Below are positions 25,790 through 38,529 of a DNA stretch of 56,943 nucleotides, piece after piece. The stretch lies in assembly GCA_963575745.1 (NCBI GenBank), contig CAUYUJ010000052.1, forward strand, positions 62,001-118,943. The letters are read 5' to 3'. How positions within the stretch are numbered: the first letter of the stretch is position 1; each line of letters begins with the position of its first letter. Source of the stretch: Prorocentrum cordatum (taxonomy: Eukaryota). The position numbers and the translations under genes are program-made. The notes beneath the pieces were generated by a model. That model saw only the letters and a program-made list of their open reading frames with translations, did not search any database and was not told where the DNA came from.

Positions 25790-26325
25790 GGTGGTCCGGT
25801 CGTTTTCGCCTATGACATTCTCGCAGCTCGGGTTTCCGAGATGCCCCAAGCTGAGGTGGTGTGGCCACCTTTGCCTGAGGCATCTTCGCAACCCTGACCT
25901 CTGAGATGCCCTGCCTAATTGTGGTCATTGCTTCTCGCCTGAGACAGCCCTGCAACTGCGGGTGATGGGATGCACTGAACTCAGGTGGTCAGGCCACCTC
26001 CGCATTAGACATCCTCGCAACGAAACTCTAGGTTCCGAGAGGCCCTGAGCTGGGGTGGTCAGTCCACTTTCGCCTCAGACATCCTCGCAACTCTGACCTA
26101 GGAGATACCACGCTCCATGGTGGCTCGGCCACTTTCGCCTGGGACATCCGGGGAACCCTGGATTCCGAGATGCCCTGAGCTGAGGTGGTCTGGCCACATT
26201 GGCCTGAGTTATCCCTGCAACTCTGACCTCATGCCCTGTCCTATGGTGGTCCAGACACGTTCGCCTATGACATCCTCGTAAACTGTGGATTCTGAGATGT
26301 CATGAGCTGAGGTGGTCATGTCACC
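25790..26325. repeat. Degenerate ~60-70-bp minisatellite (GAGATGCCCTGAGCTGAGGTGGTC..TTCGCCT..GACATCCTCGCAAC)
   Basis: Seen directly. Followed by a (CGA)n tract at 26332-26412. Confidence 0.8.
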
Positions 26326-26330
26326 TCCGC

Positions 26331-26412
<82 letters not shown>

Positions 26413-27201
26413 ACGAACTCGGCGACGACAACTGGCCATCCGGGGTCGTCCTGGAGGCGTCTGGCGCTCCTCAATGAAGCATCTGAACAGTTCGTTCGGA
26501 TCTCGTGGCAGGTCTCTTGGGGGCCTCCTGGAAGCAGTTCCGAGGCTCTTGGGGCCCGGTTCAGTGCCTGTTGGGGGCCGTTTGGGGGGCTTTGGGGGGC
26601 CCGTCGGGAGCCTCTTGGGGGTTCCTTGGGGGCCTCTGGCGGCGTCTTGGGGGCCTCCCGGGCGCTCTTGGGGCCTCCTGGGGGCCTCTCGGGGCCGAGG
26701 GCCCAGAAAGTCTGTTCGGATCCCCCGTCTGGGCCCCTTCTTAAAGCCGTCTTGGGGCCCTCTTGGGCCATTTTGGGTGTCTCTTGGGCTGTCTTGGGTC
26801 CCGCTTGGGTTGTCTTGGGGTCTGTTGGGCCCTCATGGGCTGCCTTAAGGCGGTCTTCGGGGCTTTTTGGACTGTTTGGAGCGTCGGAAAAGCGAAAAGG
26901 TGCTTCTGCTAAAAATGTACGTTCACAAAGGAATTGGAATTTGTTGCCCTCTTGGGGGCATTTTGATAGGCCTGTGGGAGGCACCTTGAAACGTCTTGGC
27001 GCCTTCTTGCGACGCCTTGGGGCATCTTTTTTGTTGTTGCCCTTACGGTTCGCTTCCCCCATCTCGCGTTGCCAATCTCGCTTCGCTGGGGTCGCGCCGG
27101 GCGGACAGACCCGGCGAACGCGACTTCAAAATGAGCGCGCAGGTTATCACACGAGCGGGCAGGACGATAAACCGAGCGGGATTCAGAAGAGGACAATTGA
27201 G

Positions 27202-27729
27202 CTAGCAGGGGCTACATATCGCGTTACTAGCACAACAATACCCCCTTGTGCACGCGTTCCAATATCTACGTCCGCACTTATACCCTGGAACAACATAATC
27301 ACCCACGCAGCAAGTTTGAAAATTCTTGGTAGAAGTCTTCCTGATGCAGCAGTACGTGTTTGCTTGAGGGCACTCCAACTCACACCCCGAGGAACGGAGA
27401 TGCACGTCACCAGGATGTTTATGCTGGCGATGCATGGTAAAGTTGAGGTTCTGGACATCGATCGGTATATCCTCCACTCTCGCATCCTCATATTGTTTGT
27501 GGTCCGGCGTCTCGTCCTTCCACATGTTCGCGATTGGCAATTCGCTGGGGCCCGACGCCCGTGACTGGAGTAGCCCCACGCCGTCGGCCTCGTTCGTGGC
27601 GTCGCAGTTGTGCGAATCGTCCTCCATCAGGCAGCGTTCCTCCGAGGTCTTGGCTAAGTCATCGGCGGCAACGCAGCCGCGGCCGACGAGCAGGATGGCG
27701 AACGCTCCCGCAAGCACCACGACGTTCAT
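27202..27729 (-). CDS. Intronless secreted Cys-rich protein (175 aa), probable retrogene
   Basis: Intact ORF with signal peptide MNVVVLAGAFAILLVGRGCVAA, an acidic pro-region with GLLQ, and a C-terminal 12-Cys domain. Near-perfect SL about 83 nt upstream. Confidence 0.8.
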   Translation of the reverse strand: MNVVVLAGAFAILLVGRGCVAADDLAKTSEERCLMEDDSHNCDATNEADGVGLLQSRASGPSELPIANMWKDETPDHKQYEDARVEDIPIDVQNLNFTMHRQHKHPGDVHLRSSGCELECPQANTYCCIRKTSTKNFQTCCVGDYVVPGYKCGRRYWNACTRGYCCASNAICSPC

Positions 27730-27812
27730 GGCGGCAACGGCGGAGTAACAGGGGCTTGGCAGCAGTAGGAGCAAACCAAATGTTCCCGATTCCTGCAGAG
27801 TTGCCACAATGT

Positions 27813-27834
27813 CTTGAGCCAAAATGGTTACGGA
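27813..27834 (-). promoter_or_regulatory. Relict dinoflagellate spliced leader
   Basis: TCCGTAACCATTTTGGCTCAAG vs DCCGTAGCCATTTTGGCTCAAG (21/22). Not followed by GT. Confidence 0.92.
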
Positions 27835-28901
27835 GCGCCTTGGGGCCATCTTGGGCGTCTTGGGGCGATGGTTCGGTGACTCTCTGGGCTGCATTGGACC
27901 GTCTTGGAGCCTTCTTGGAACACTTTTCAATACGTTTCGGGACTGCCTTGGGCCGTCTGTGAGCGCTCCCGGAGGCCGTGACACGCCATGCCCCCCGTGG
28001 TCCCTTGGCCCGTCCAGGCGGCCTCGTCCCCCAGGATATGTATACTACAACCACGCGCGCGCTTCGCGCGCGCTTAGGTTCTAGCTAGGATCATTCTCGC
28101 TGGGAGTTTGACGTAGCTTCTCGGGAGCCTCTGAACCTGTCGGGGGCCTCCTGGAAGCAGGTTCGAAGCATTTTGGGGGCCGATTTGGGGCTTCTCGGGG
28201 CCTCCTTTGGGCCTCTTGGGGGTCTCCTGGGGCCTCTTGAGGGGCCTCCTTGGGGCCTCCTGGCGGCCTCTTGGGGCGGAAGGCTCGAGCTTGCGGTTCG
28301 TGGTCCCCCTCTGGGCCCCCTCTTGGGCCCGTCTTGGGGCCCTCTTGGGCCATCTTGGGCGCCTCTTGGGCCGTCTTGGGGCCCTCTTGGGCTGTCCTTG
28401 GGCCCTCTTGGAAGCTTCTTGGGCCGTCTTGGGGCGGTCTTGGGCGCCTCGTGGGCCGTCCTGTAACGTCGGAAAGCCCAAAAAGCAACTTTGTGAAAAA
28501 TGTACGTTTTACGAAGGGAATGGGCCAATGTTTGCGTCTAGGGGCCCTCTTGGGACGCATGTTGGAGGCTTCTTGGGGCGTCTTGGGGGCGTCCTTGGAC
28601 GTCTGGAGGCCATCTTCAGCATCTTGGAGCCCTCTTGGAGGCCTCTTGGAAGTTTCTTGGGCCGTCTTGGGCGCTTCTTGGGCCGTCTTGTCTGACTGGG
28701 GAGGCCTCCGGCAAGCCCCGACGAGCCTCCGGGCCCCCCGGGGCCCACATTTGTGGTCGGGGTCCCGGCCCCGGGCCCCCGGACCCGGTGCGCCGTTATA
28801 TGTATACTAGAACCACGCGCGCGCTTCGCGCGCGCTTAGGTTCTGTCGAGTCACAGACCCAGGAATCGTTGTGAGAAGAAATTGGTGACGCGAAGCGTCG
28901 T

Positions 28902-30815
28902 GGGGGCGTCCTTGGACGTCTGGGGTCTCCTGGGGCCTCTTGAGGGGCCTCCTGGGGGCCTCCTGGCGGCCTCTTGGGGCGGAAGGCTCGAGCTTGCGGT
29001 TCGTGGTCCCCCTCTGGGCCCCCTCTTGGGCCCGTCTTGGGGCCCTCTTGGGCCATCTTGGGCGCCTCTTGGGCCGTCTTGGGGCCCTCTTGGGCTGTCC
29101 TGGGGCCCTCTTGGAAGCTTCTTGGGCCGTCTTGGGGCGGTCTTGGGCGCCTCTTGGGCCGTCCTGTAACGTCGGAAAGCCCAAAAGACAACTTTGTTGA
29201 AAATGTACGTTTTACGAAGGGAATGGGCCAACTTTTGCGTCTAGGGGCCCTCTTGGGACGCATGTTGGAGGCTTCTTGGGGCCTCTTGGGGGCGTCCTTG
29301 GACGTCTGGGGTCTCCTGGGGCCTCTTGAGGGGCCTCCTGGGGGCCTCCTGGCGGCCTCTTGGGGCGGAAGGCTCGAGCTTGCGGTTCGTGGTCCCCCTC
29401 TGGGCCCCCTCTTGGGCCCGTCTTGGGGCCCTCTTGGGCCATCTTAGGCGCCTCTTGGGCCGTCTTGGGGCCCTATTGGGCTGTCCTGGGGCCCTCTTGG
29501 AAGCTTCTTGGGCCGTTTTGGGGCGGTCTTGGGCGCCTCTTGGGCCGTCCTGTAACGTCGGAAAGCCTAAAAGACAAGTTTGTTGAAAATGTACGTTTTA
29601 CGAAGGGAATGGGCCAACTTTTGCGTCTAGGGGCCCTCTTGGGCCGCATGTTGGAGGCTTCTTGGGGCGTCTTGGGGGCGTCCTTGGACGTCTGGGGTCT
29701 CCTGGGGCCTCTTGAGGGGCCTCCTGGGGCGGAAGGCTCGAGCTTGCGGTTCGTGGTCCCCCTCGTCCCCTCTTGGGCCCGTCTTGGGGCCCTCTTGGGC
29801 CATCTTGGGCGCCTCTTGGGCCGTCTTGGGGCCCTCTTGGGCTGTCCTGGGGCCCTCTTGGAAGCTTCTTGGGCCGTCTTGGGGCGGTCTTGGGCGCCTC
29901 TTGGGCCGTCCTGTAACGTCGGAAAGCCCAAAAGACAACTTTGTTGAACATGTACGTTTTACGAAGGGAATGGGCCAACTTTTGCGTCTGGGGGCCCTCT
30001 TGGGACGCATGTTGGAGGCTTCTTGGGGCCTCTTGGGGGCGTCCTTGGACGTCTGGGGTCTCCTGGGGCCTCTTGAGGGGCCTCCTGGGGGCCTCCTGGC
30101 GGCCTCTTGGGGCGGAAGGCTCGAGCTTGCGGTTCGTGGTCCCCCTCTGGGCCCCCTCTTGGGCCCGTCTTGGGGCCCTCTTGGGCCATCTTGGGCGCCT
30201 CTTGGGCCGTCTTGGGGCCCTCTTGGGCTGTCCTGGGGCCCTCTTGGAAGCTTCTTGGGCCGTCTTGGGGCGGTCTTGGGCGCCTCTTGGGCCGTCCTGT
30301 AACGTCGGAAAGCCCAAAAGACAACTTTGTTGAAAATGTACGTTTTACGAAGGGAATGGGCCAACTTTTGCGTCTGGGGCCCTCTTGGGACGCATGTTGG
30401 AGGCTTCTTGGGGCCTCTTGGGGGCGTCCTTGGACGTCTGGGGTCTCCTGGGGCCTCTTGAGGGGCCTCCTGGGGGCCTCCTGGCGGCCTCTTGGGGCGG
30501 AAGGCTCGAGCTTGCGGTTCGTGGTCCCCCTCTGGGCCCCCTCTTGGGCCCGTCTTGGGGCCCTCTTGGGCCATCTTGGGCGCCTCTTGGGCCGTCTTGG
30601 GGCCCTCTTGGGCTGTCCTGGGGGCTTCTTGGGCCGTCTTGGGGCGGTCTTGGGCGCCTCGTGGGCCGTCCTGTAACGTCGGAAAGCCCAAAAGACAACT
30701 TTGTTGAAAAATGTACGTTTTACGAAGGGAATGGGCCAATTTTTGCGTCTAGGGGCCCTCTTGGGACGCATGTTGGAGGCTTCTTGGGGCCTCTTGGGGG
30801 CGTCCTTGGACGTCT
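28902..30815. repeat. ~386-bp tandem repeat, about 5 near-identical copies
   Basis: The anchor GTCCTGTAACGTCGGAAAGC recurs at ~29161, 29547, 29908, 30294 and 30668, with a single copy at ~28457. Confidence 0.95.
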
Positions 30816-33491
30816 GGAGGCCATCTTCAGCATCTCGGAGCCCTCTTGGAGGCCTCTTGGAAGTTTCTTGGGCCGTCTTGGGCGCTCCTGGGGCCGTCTT
30901 GTCTGACCAGGGAGGCCTCCGGCAAGCCCCGACGAGCCTCCGGGCCCCCCGGGGCGCACATTTGTGGTCGAGGTCCCGGCCCCGGGCCCCCGGACCCGGT
31001 GCGCCGTTATATGTATAAAATAGCAGGAAACACGGAAACTCATCACCTGACTGGTGTTCCTGAATTTTCTCCTGTAGAGGGGCATGCCCGACTTCATCTC
31101 TGACGTGTCGCCAGTTTGGGCCGCCGTGTGGCCCTCTCGGAGGCCACCGCGATCTGCCCACAAAGCCTCGGATGTGGGGGGAAAGTGTCGCCGCCGCCGT
31201 ACTCGGCAACCGCCGTCGTCGGCGCCGGCACGAGCACACACAACCTGCGCAAGCAGACGCTTTCGGAGCTCCGACGGAAGTTCGAGGGCCCTGCGCTGGG
31301 GCCCCATGCCTGACGCGCAGGGCGGAACGGGGGCGTCTCCAGAGGCGCTGTTCAGGGGGCCCCGCGCAGGTCCGAGAGATCTGCCCGGAACTCCGATCAT
31401 GTCTGTTCCTCTTCCTCGAGCCAGACACGTGCAGAACTGCACGGCTCGAGCGCGCACCGCTGCAACTCCCGAGATTGCACCAGTGCAGTGCGGCTGGGGC
31501 TGGACTGTAGCTGGGCCTTTTCACCGGCGAAGTGGGCGTGGGCCCGATGGCATGTATACGGCATCTCAACTTCAACCAAGAAAACTTGTCTGGGTGTTCG
31601 GCGGCGAGCCCCGAGCCGGGGGAGAATGAGAAGGGGCGGGCCTTCTGAGACGGATCGGATGCCCCTCGGCCTTCTGAGAAGTTTTCTGAGCCTTCCCCGA
31701 AGACACACAAACTCTCCCAGAAGACGCGAAGGCGTCTGAGAAATCCCGCCGCCTTCTGAGAAGGCCTTTTTTTTACTTCCGCTCCTCGCTCGCCGCCGGT
31801 ATACTTAGGTCGGGCATGTCCTCCTACAGGGGGCTCTACGACGAAAAATGAAAAATAGTGACAACAATATCCTCAAAAAGCTTAACCCCCCCCCCCAAAA
31901 AAAAAACAATTAAACATCGTCCCATGACTATGTTTTGCCTACTTTTGAATTTTCCTCCTGTAGAGGGACAGGCCCCACTTGACAATGTACGCGTGGCGGG
32001 CAGCCAGAGGATCTGAACTGGGCGGGGCTCCAAGAAATCGATCAAGGGGGCGGGCAAGGCCACATCACCTCAAAATCTTTCTCAGGACCCCATCCCAGGG
32101 TCCATCCGGTGCGTCAGGGGCCCAGGGCCACACAAATCAACGCACACCAAACCCCAGGATCCCCAATATTCGTCAATATTTTCATGAGTTTTGTCTTACC
32201 TCCACTTCGCGTGTTTTCCAATATGTTCATACGAAATGGACGATTCTTTGTGTCTGCGTCGATTTCCCCCTCCTGCATGCAATTTATCACCCTGAATCCG
32301 CTTTTGATAATCCTGCAGGGCCAGAAGACGGCCCTCGGAGGCCGAAAAGGCAAACCACCTTCTCGAACCCAGAACCTCGAACCCTGGCCCCCCCCCGTCC
32401 TGCTCGCCGGGACCAGTGCTGGACCAACTGAGACCCCCAGCCAGCTCGGAATGTTTACCCCATGGACAAACAGGAGCTCCGAAAATCATGTATATGGTCC
32501 AGGGTCTGGGCTCCCCCCCTTCATGCTGATGCCATTGGGCTCCCCCCCCCCGCGATGGGACCCCTCCCTGTGGGGTTGGTGTGGTGGGACCTTCCCCTGT
32601 GGGCGTGCGATGGTGGGCATGGGGTCTGGCCCTCCCCCTCTCCCTCCTGTGGGTGCGGGGTGGTGGGTGGTAGTGATGGTGGTGGTCAGGCCCGCCTACA
32701 TAGGAGGAGGAGGAGGAAGATGAGGAGGACGAGGAGGAGGACGACGACGAGGTCAGCGTCGCCGTCGCCGTCCGCCCCCGTCCCAGGCATGACCAGGAAG
32801 ACAAAGTGTCTTCCCCGTCGTCGCCTCCCTCTGGGTGTGGCGTGGTGTTGTGGTGCTGGACGTTTTTTTTTTTGGACCCAAAGGGCTCAGGAGGCTCCAG
32901 GGGTCCCAGTTGAAGGCGGTCGACTCCTTGGTCGAGCAGTCCGAGGACACCGTGGCGAGGGGGGGGGCCCACTGTCCGTGGGGAGCGCCTGCCTGCCGAA
33001 TGGCAAGCAGGGCAAGAGACAGCCGCGTTCCCCCACGCGGAGCCGTTGTGGTGCTGGACGGTGTCTTTGTCTTCGTCGTCGTCGTCGTCGTCCCTCCCAA
33101 AATCCCATCGGGGGGGGGGGGGGCCGAGTGACCGGACGCCCGAGTTATCCGGGGTAACTCGGGTCCGGGGTAACTCGGGTTTGGGGTCCCGAAACACGAA
33201 CCCGAGTTAGCCCTGACCCGAGTTATCCCTGATGATTCGGGGCTCTTGGACGCCCGATCCATCCGGGGTAACTCGGGTCCGGGGTAACTCGGGTTCGGAT
33301 TCCCGAAAAAGGAACCCGAGTTATCCCTGACCCGAGTTACCCCTGATGATTCGGGGCTCTGAACGGTGTCTTTGTCTTTGTCGTCGTCGTCGTCGTCGTC
33401 CCTCCAAAAATCCCATCTGGGGGGGGGGCCGAGTGACCCCGAGACCCGTCCCAGCGGGGGGGCGGCCCGTGGGCCCAAAGCCCAGGATCAT

Positions 33492-33664
33492 CTAGGGCTC
33501 CCAACTTCGCGCTTCGCGCTGCGCGAAGCGCGAAGCGCGAATAACTTCGCGCTCTCGCGCCGCCCTCCCAAAGGGAGAATAGGAGGACGAGGAGGAGGGG
33601 GAGAAGGAACGAGGACCGCGAAGCGCGAAGCGCGAATAACTTCGCGCCCTCGAGGGAGCCCTTG
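33492..33664. mobile_element. MITE family B, copy 2
   Basis: Near-identical to 579-745. ATCAT duplication. Confidence 0.9.
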
Positions 33665-36600
33665 ATCATTGAAGGGAAACTGGGACACACAAAGAAATAC
33701 ACACACATAAAAATAGTCCCCATATCTTCCCATGTTTTCGGGGTTTTTGTCTTCCCCCCCACTTCCCATAGTTTCCCACATTTTCGGGGACATCGACGAT
33801 TAGTTGTGCCTGTGTGTTTTTTTCCCTCCTGGATCATGTGTGCAGCTTGTTCTTCCTCGAGCCCGCAAGGAGCCTCAAAGCTGCCGCCAAAGAGAAGCTC
33901 CCGAGAGGCATCCCAAGCGTTGGGAATCCCAAGCCGTGCGGTGACAGACCGTGCGGTGACCTCGGAACCCCAAGAGACCTCACCGCACGGTCCGTCACCG
34001 CACGGTCTTGGGACCCTGGAGGCCCCTCTCGCCCGAGACATTCTCCGAGAGAGACTCGAGTCCCAAAACAGAGCGGTGACCCCGAATCCCCACCGACGCA
34101 CCACACGGAGCGGTCACCACCCTGTTTTGAGGCCCCCGAAACCCTAAGAAGCATCCGGGAAAATTCTGACCCAAAACCCAGGCACGGTGGCGGGCTGGGC
34201 CGAGGGCCAGTAGACATGTCATTTCTTCGTCCTCGAGCCATCGGCGGTGGCGGCGGCGTCGACATCTGCGGGCAAGATTTATATCCAATTCCACTGCGTC
34301 TTGGAGCTTCGGGCTCCCTGCCCAAGAAACCCGAGGCGCAGTGGAGAGGAACAGAAATCTGGCCCCATGGAGGCTCGATCGTTACACCAGTCAGCTGCTC
34401 CTCGGCCTTTTTGCGCCCCTTCCCAGAAAGTCCACGACGCTGTCGATGTGGACGTAAATCTTGCACGCGACGTCGGCGGCGCCGGCGGCCCCCAAAGGAA
34501 CGATGAATGAGGAAAGAAGTGCCCTTTTTGCCTCAAAAGCGCCTGCGCGCACGAGGAGGGCCAGAGAAACAACCATGGAGGGACCAGAGGAACATCGAGC
34601 CCCTTCCGAACCCAAACTGTTCCCTATCTCAGCGCTTCGACTGTATGCCGCTCCATCTTCCTCGAGCCATGGGTGCCGGCGCCGTCGCCGACGTCGGCGC
34701 TGTGGATGGCGTGGTCGTCGACGTCGGGGGTGTCGGCGCGTCGTCGGCGTCGTCGGCGTCAGCGACACGGTCAACAGCGGTGGCGCAGTCGACGTCGGCT
34801 GCGTCGTAGACGTCGTCGTCGGCGTCGACGACGTCGGCGGCGGGCGGCGTCGGCTGCGTCGTCGACGTCGTCAACGTCGGCAACGTCGGTGCCGTCGTCG
34901 ACGTCGGCGGCGTCGTCGGCGCGGTCGTCGCCGACGGCGGCGAGCTCTGAAGCGCGCCTGCGGCTGGGCGGCGCCGCGCGGGCCCTGCCGCGGCTCCTCC
35001 TGGGCGGCGCTCCGCAGGGTGGCGCCCGGCTTCCAAGAGAGGAGGCGGGCCCGTGAAGGGTGCTGCAAATGGAGAGGGACCCAGACGTGCAACGTCCTGG
35101 AGAACTCCAGGCGAAGCGACACGTCGAGCCTTCCGCCCCAAGAGGGCCCCTGGAGGCCGGAGAAGCCCAGAAGAGCCCCGAGAGCACTCCCAAGACAACC
35201 CTGAGAGCGTACAATTCATGATTTCGCTGGAGATGCTGAACGTGTTTCGTCGTCGCCGTAGTCTTAATCTTAGTCGTAGTCTTAGTCGCAGTCGTAATCT
35301 TAGTCTTAGTCGTCGTCGTTCAAGGTCGGCGGCATCGGCCGCAAGGCATTCACAATCAGGACCGAGGTTGTTTGTACGTTTTCTGGTTCTGGGGGCCATC
35401 ACCGGACCCCGCGACCAAAACCAAAAGACTCGGGTTGGACAACCGGCCCTGTAGGGAAAACGTCAGGGCATCCGGGGACCGCATGCTACAAAACTCAGGA
35501 CTTCGCGTGTCTGGGGAGAAAACTGCATACACATGAACTGTCGGAAGTCCGTACGGATTTCTGAGATCGTCGCTGGGGTCCCCTGGGGGATCTGGCGCCG
35601 ATCCATGAAATCTGCGCGGTGCTCCAGCAGTTTATGCAAAAAGATGTTCATGCCGGGGTGCTTCTCCTTCTTCGAACAAGGGGCAGGCCCGAGATGGGTC
35701 GAATCGCGGAAACGTCCCGCATCGGATCGAGGTTGGATCGCTCTGACTGGCCCCGGCCGACGCCGGTGAATCGAGCCGAGCCGAATCGGGCTGGATGGTG
35801 GCCCCGGACGGCGAATAGAATTGCATCGAACCAGATCGTAAGGCGGCCCTGTGAGGTGGCCCTAGCGTTCCCAGGGAGGCACAGGTGGCTTCTACGGCGT
35901 CCCTCGCGAGGCCGCAAAGGACCCTGGCGACTCCAAACTGGCGTGGGCAGCTGGAGACCCCTTGGGCCAGGATCAGCTCTAATCCGCCACCGTACCCTTG
36001 AGGCACGAGTTGGAGCAGCCTCAGGTCCTTGGCCTAGTCCCTTGAGCCTGAATCTTCAATCTGAGGAACCCTCAGTCCTCGATCTGAGGATTCAAGGAAC
36101 CCAGAACCGAAATCCCACAAGCCCTTTAGGGCGTGAGTGGTTAAGGGAATTTCCTCTTCCAACACCCTTCTTCCCCTTCGGGGAGGGGTTTATCCCTGTT
36201 CCCTAGAAATAACAGCCCCTGCCCCTGGCGACCGGCAGCCAGTCAGGACCAATGCGAACACCCCCCCACCATCGCTGTCAAACACAACACGCAAACACTT
36301 TGGGCAAAAATCTTGGGTCATGCTCGTGGGCCCCACGCGCACTTTGTTTCGTTTTGTTGACAGGCAAATTCTGCGGAAGTCGAGAACGCTCCCCTGCTCG
36401 ACGTTTTGCAAGTTGTGAGTGCCCACAACAGCGAGGGGCCGGTTTTGGCACCAGAGATCCCGAGGGACCTCGCAGGCACTCTTACGAAATACGAGCCAGA
36501 TATTGCTAGGAGGATGGCGCCGACTAAAACTAACGGCCCAGGCGGCATGATCGGAGAGCGGTGAAGCACTACTGGACAAAGGGAGAAACCGCAGACTCGA

Positions 36601-38360
36601 GAGGACCATGGAACGCCAGAGGAGCCCTTCCCAGAGGCGGCGCAGGTGTGCCCCCAGGCAGCAGCCAAAAGCACAGCCGCGCGGCAAGGACCCGTACGCT
36701 TTCGACCAGTCGGGGAACCCCATCCGCAGGATCAGCACTTTCGGCAAGGACGGCCAGCAGAAGATGTGCGGGGCTCGGACATTCGCCAAGGTGTGTCCTT
36801 CTCAGTCCAGTTGCCCGCAGCGGGCCATCCACGGCTGTGGTGCTCTCTGGTAATCGATCAGGGCCCTTCTCTCCCAGCCGACCTCGGACACCTGGCACAG
36901 CCACCATCGCCAGACGTTGAAGAAGTATCATCTGCAGCATCTACCGAAGCCAATCTAGGTTGGCCACGCACGCAGACGACATCGACTCAATTTGCGCAAG
37001 AAGAGCCCGAGGCACACTGTACCGTCGGAGGTGTTGCTGCCCAGCGTTCTCAACCTGGCGGATGCTGTTTCGAGGTGCGCGTTCCTTTGCTCAGGACGGC
37101 TGGGTGGGTTATTGCGGTTGTCATCTATAGCCAGGACCCTCTCTATGGGCCTCATGGGGGGGTCCCTCTAGCTGAAACCCCAAACAAACCTGCCAGGAAC
37201 GGAGAAGACCATGCAGTTCGGCAGCTATACCACATGCCATTATCGAAAGATTGCAGGTGCGCGTTGGCTGCCAACGACAAACACGCCAGGTGATATACAT
37301 GGTCCGAGGTGCAAGAGGCCTGGAAGGGGCCAGGTTCGTCCAGGCGGATGCGAACCAGCCCCAAAGAGCTGCTCAAAAAAAGGGCTGACCACCCACCAGC
37401 AACCCTGTGGCAACAAGCGCGCTGATCGCTTAGCATAGCTATGCGTCGGTTGGAACACGTAGGTAAAATCATGAAGTAGGCAGGCGGATAAAGTAATTAG
37501 ATTGGGTTAGAGAATAACAAAAATCGTCGGCAGCGAGGCGGGACGACCCGCTCCAGCGTGGCAGCGACGCATGGACACTGCAAAGCGAATTGGCCGGCAT
37601 GCAGGAGGAGGGAAAAGGAAAGCGAAAGGCGGCCGCGGGGAAGGAGGGAAAGGCGAGCACTCAGAAACGGAAAACTTCCGCGGGCGGCCGGGGCGGCCCG
37701 CGGGCAGCCGGGGCGGGGACGGCGTCCGGGGGGCCGCGGGCAGCCGGGGCGGGGACGGCGTCCGGGGGCCGGAGCGCCAACCAGGCAGACCGCGTCAGCA
37801 GGCGCGGTGCGCTGGGCAAGGGGAAACAGCATTCGCGTCCACTCGCCATCGCTCGGACGTCCATTCCCTGTGTTTTTTTCTGTTGGCTTCGTGCGAGTAG
37901 TTTTCACCAGATGATCAAGGATGCTCCTCGATGGCCCTCGCCGAAGGAAACCATGCGCACGTCCGAGCGATGCCACGGTCCAGGGATGGCCTAAAAGCAG
38001 TACACCCTGCGAGATGCTTAAGAAATCATGGGTTAAGAAATTCACAGTCTCAGAACTTGAATAAAAAACCCAACATTTCTATTAAATCTTAAGATTTACA
38101 TTGAAATGTTAAGAATAGTCGAGACTCTGGCCGAAAACTTAAGTTTTCTTAAGCATCGCCTAAGGTGTACGCTTCTCTGTGCCGTGCCGCCTGGGGGCCG
38201 GCGGCCGGCGCGGGGCGCCCTGTGGGGCGGGAGGCGCGGGCAGCGGGCAGGGGCGCCGGCTCCGAAGCATGTGCGCTGCGACGGCAGTGCTTCGGCAGTG
38301 GCAGGGCACAGCAGAAGCGTGTCGATCCCTGAAGCAGGAAGGCGCCTGAAGTAGCAACGA

Positions 38361-38529
38361 TGACTACCTACCAGACCACCCCAACCCAACCCGAAGACCC
38401 GATTTTCGGGTTGGGGGGGGGTAAGGGTTCCACGCGTGTTTTTTCGAGGTTTCCCGACCCCCCCCCAACTAGAAATCGAGGGTAAATCTGAACCTTCGGG
38501 TTGGGTTGGGGTGGTTTGGTGGGTGGTGA
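38361..38529. mobile_element. MITE family A, copy 2
   Basis: Similar to 301-467. Confidence 0.85.

Larger units (their letters stand above)
25406..31017 (-). mobile_element. Head-to-tail array of three Helitron-like non-autonomous units (25406-28044, 28045-28806, 28807-31017)
   Basis: On the plus strand each unit starts CTA(G/C)AACCA(C/T)GCGCGCGCTTCGCGCG.., i.e. a GC hairpin followed by CTAG|T at the minus-strand 3' end, and ends ATATGTATA. No TSD. The units share CTTGGGGCC-rich interiors. Confidence 0.65.

Noticed and set aside
28074..31710. Many long overlapping Pro/Arg/Gly ORFs (up to 583 aa)
   Set aside because: Open in nearly all frames because of stop-poor GC tandem repeats.
36190..37470. 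piggyBac-like transposase remnant
   Set aside because: The sequence looks coding-derived, but no convincing catalytic motifs, TIRs or TTAA sites were found.
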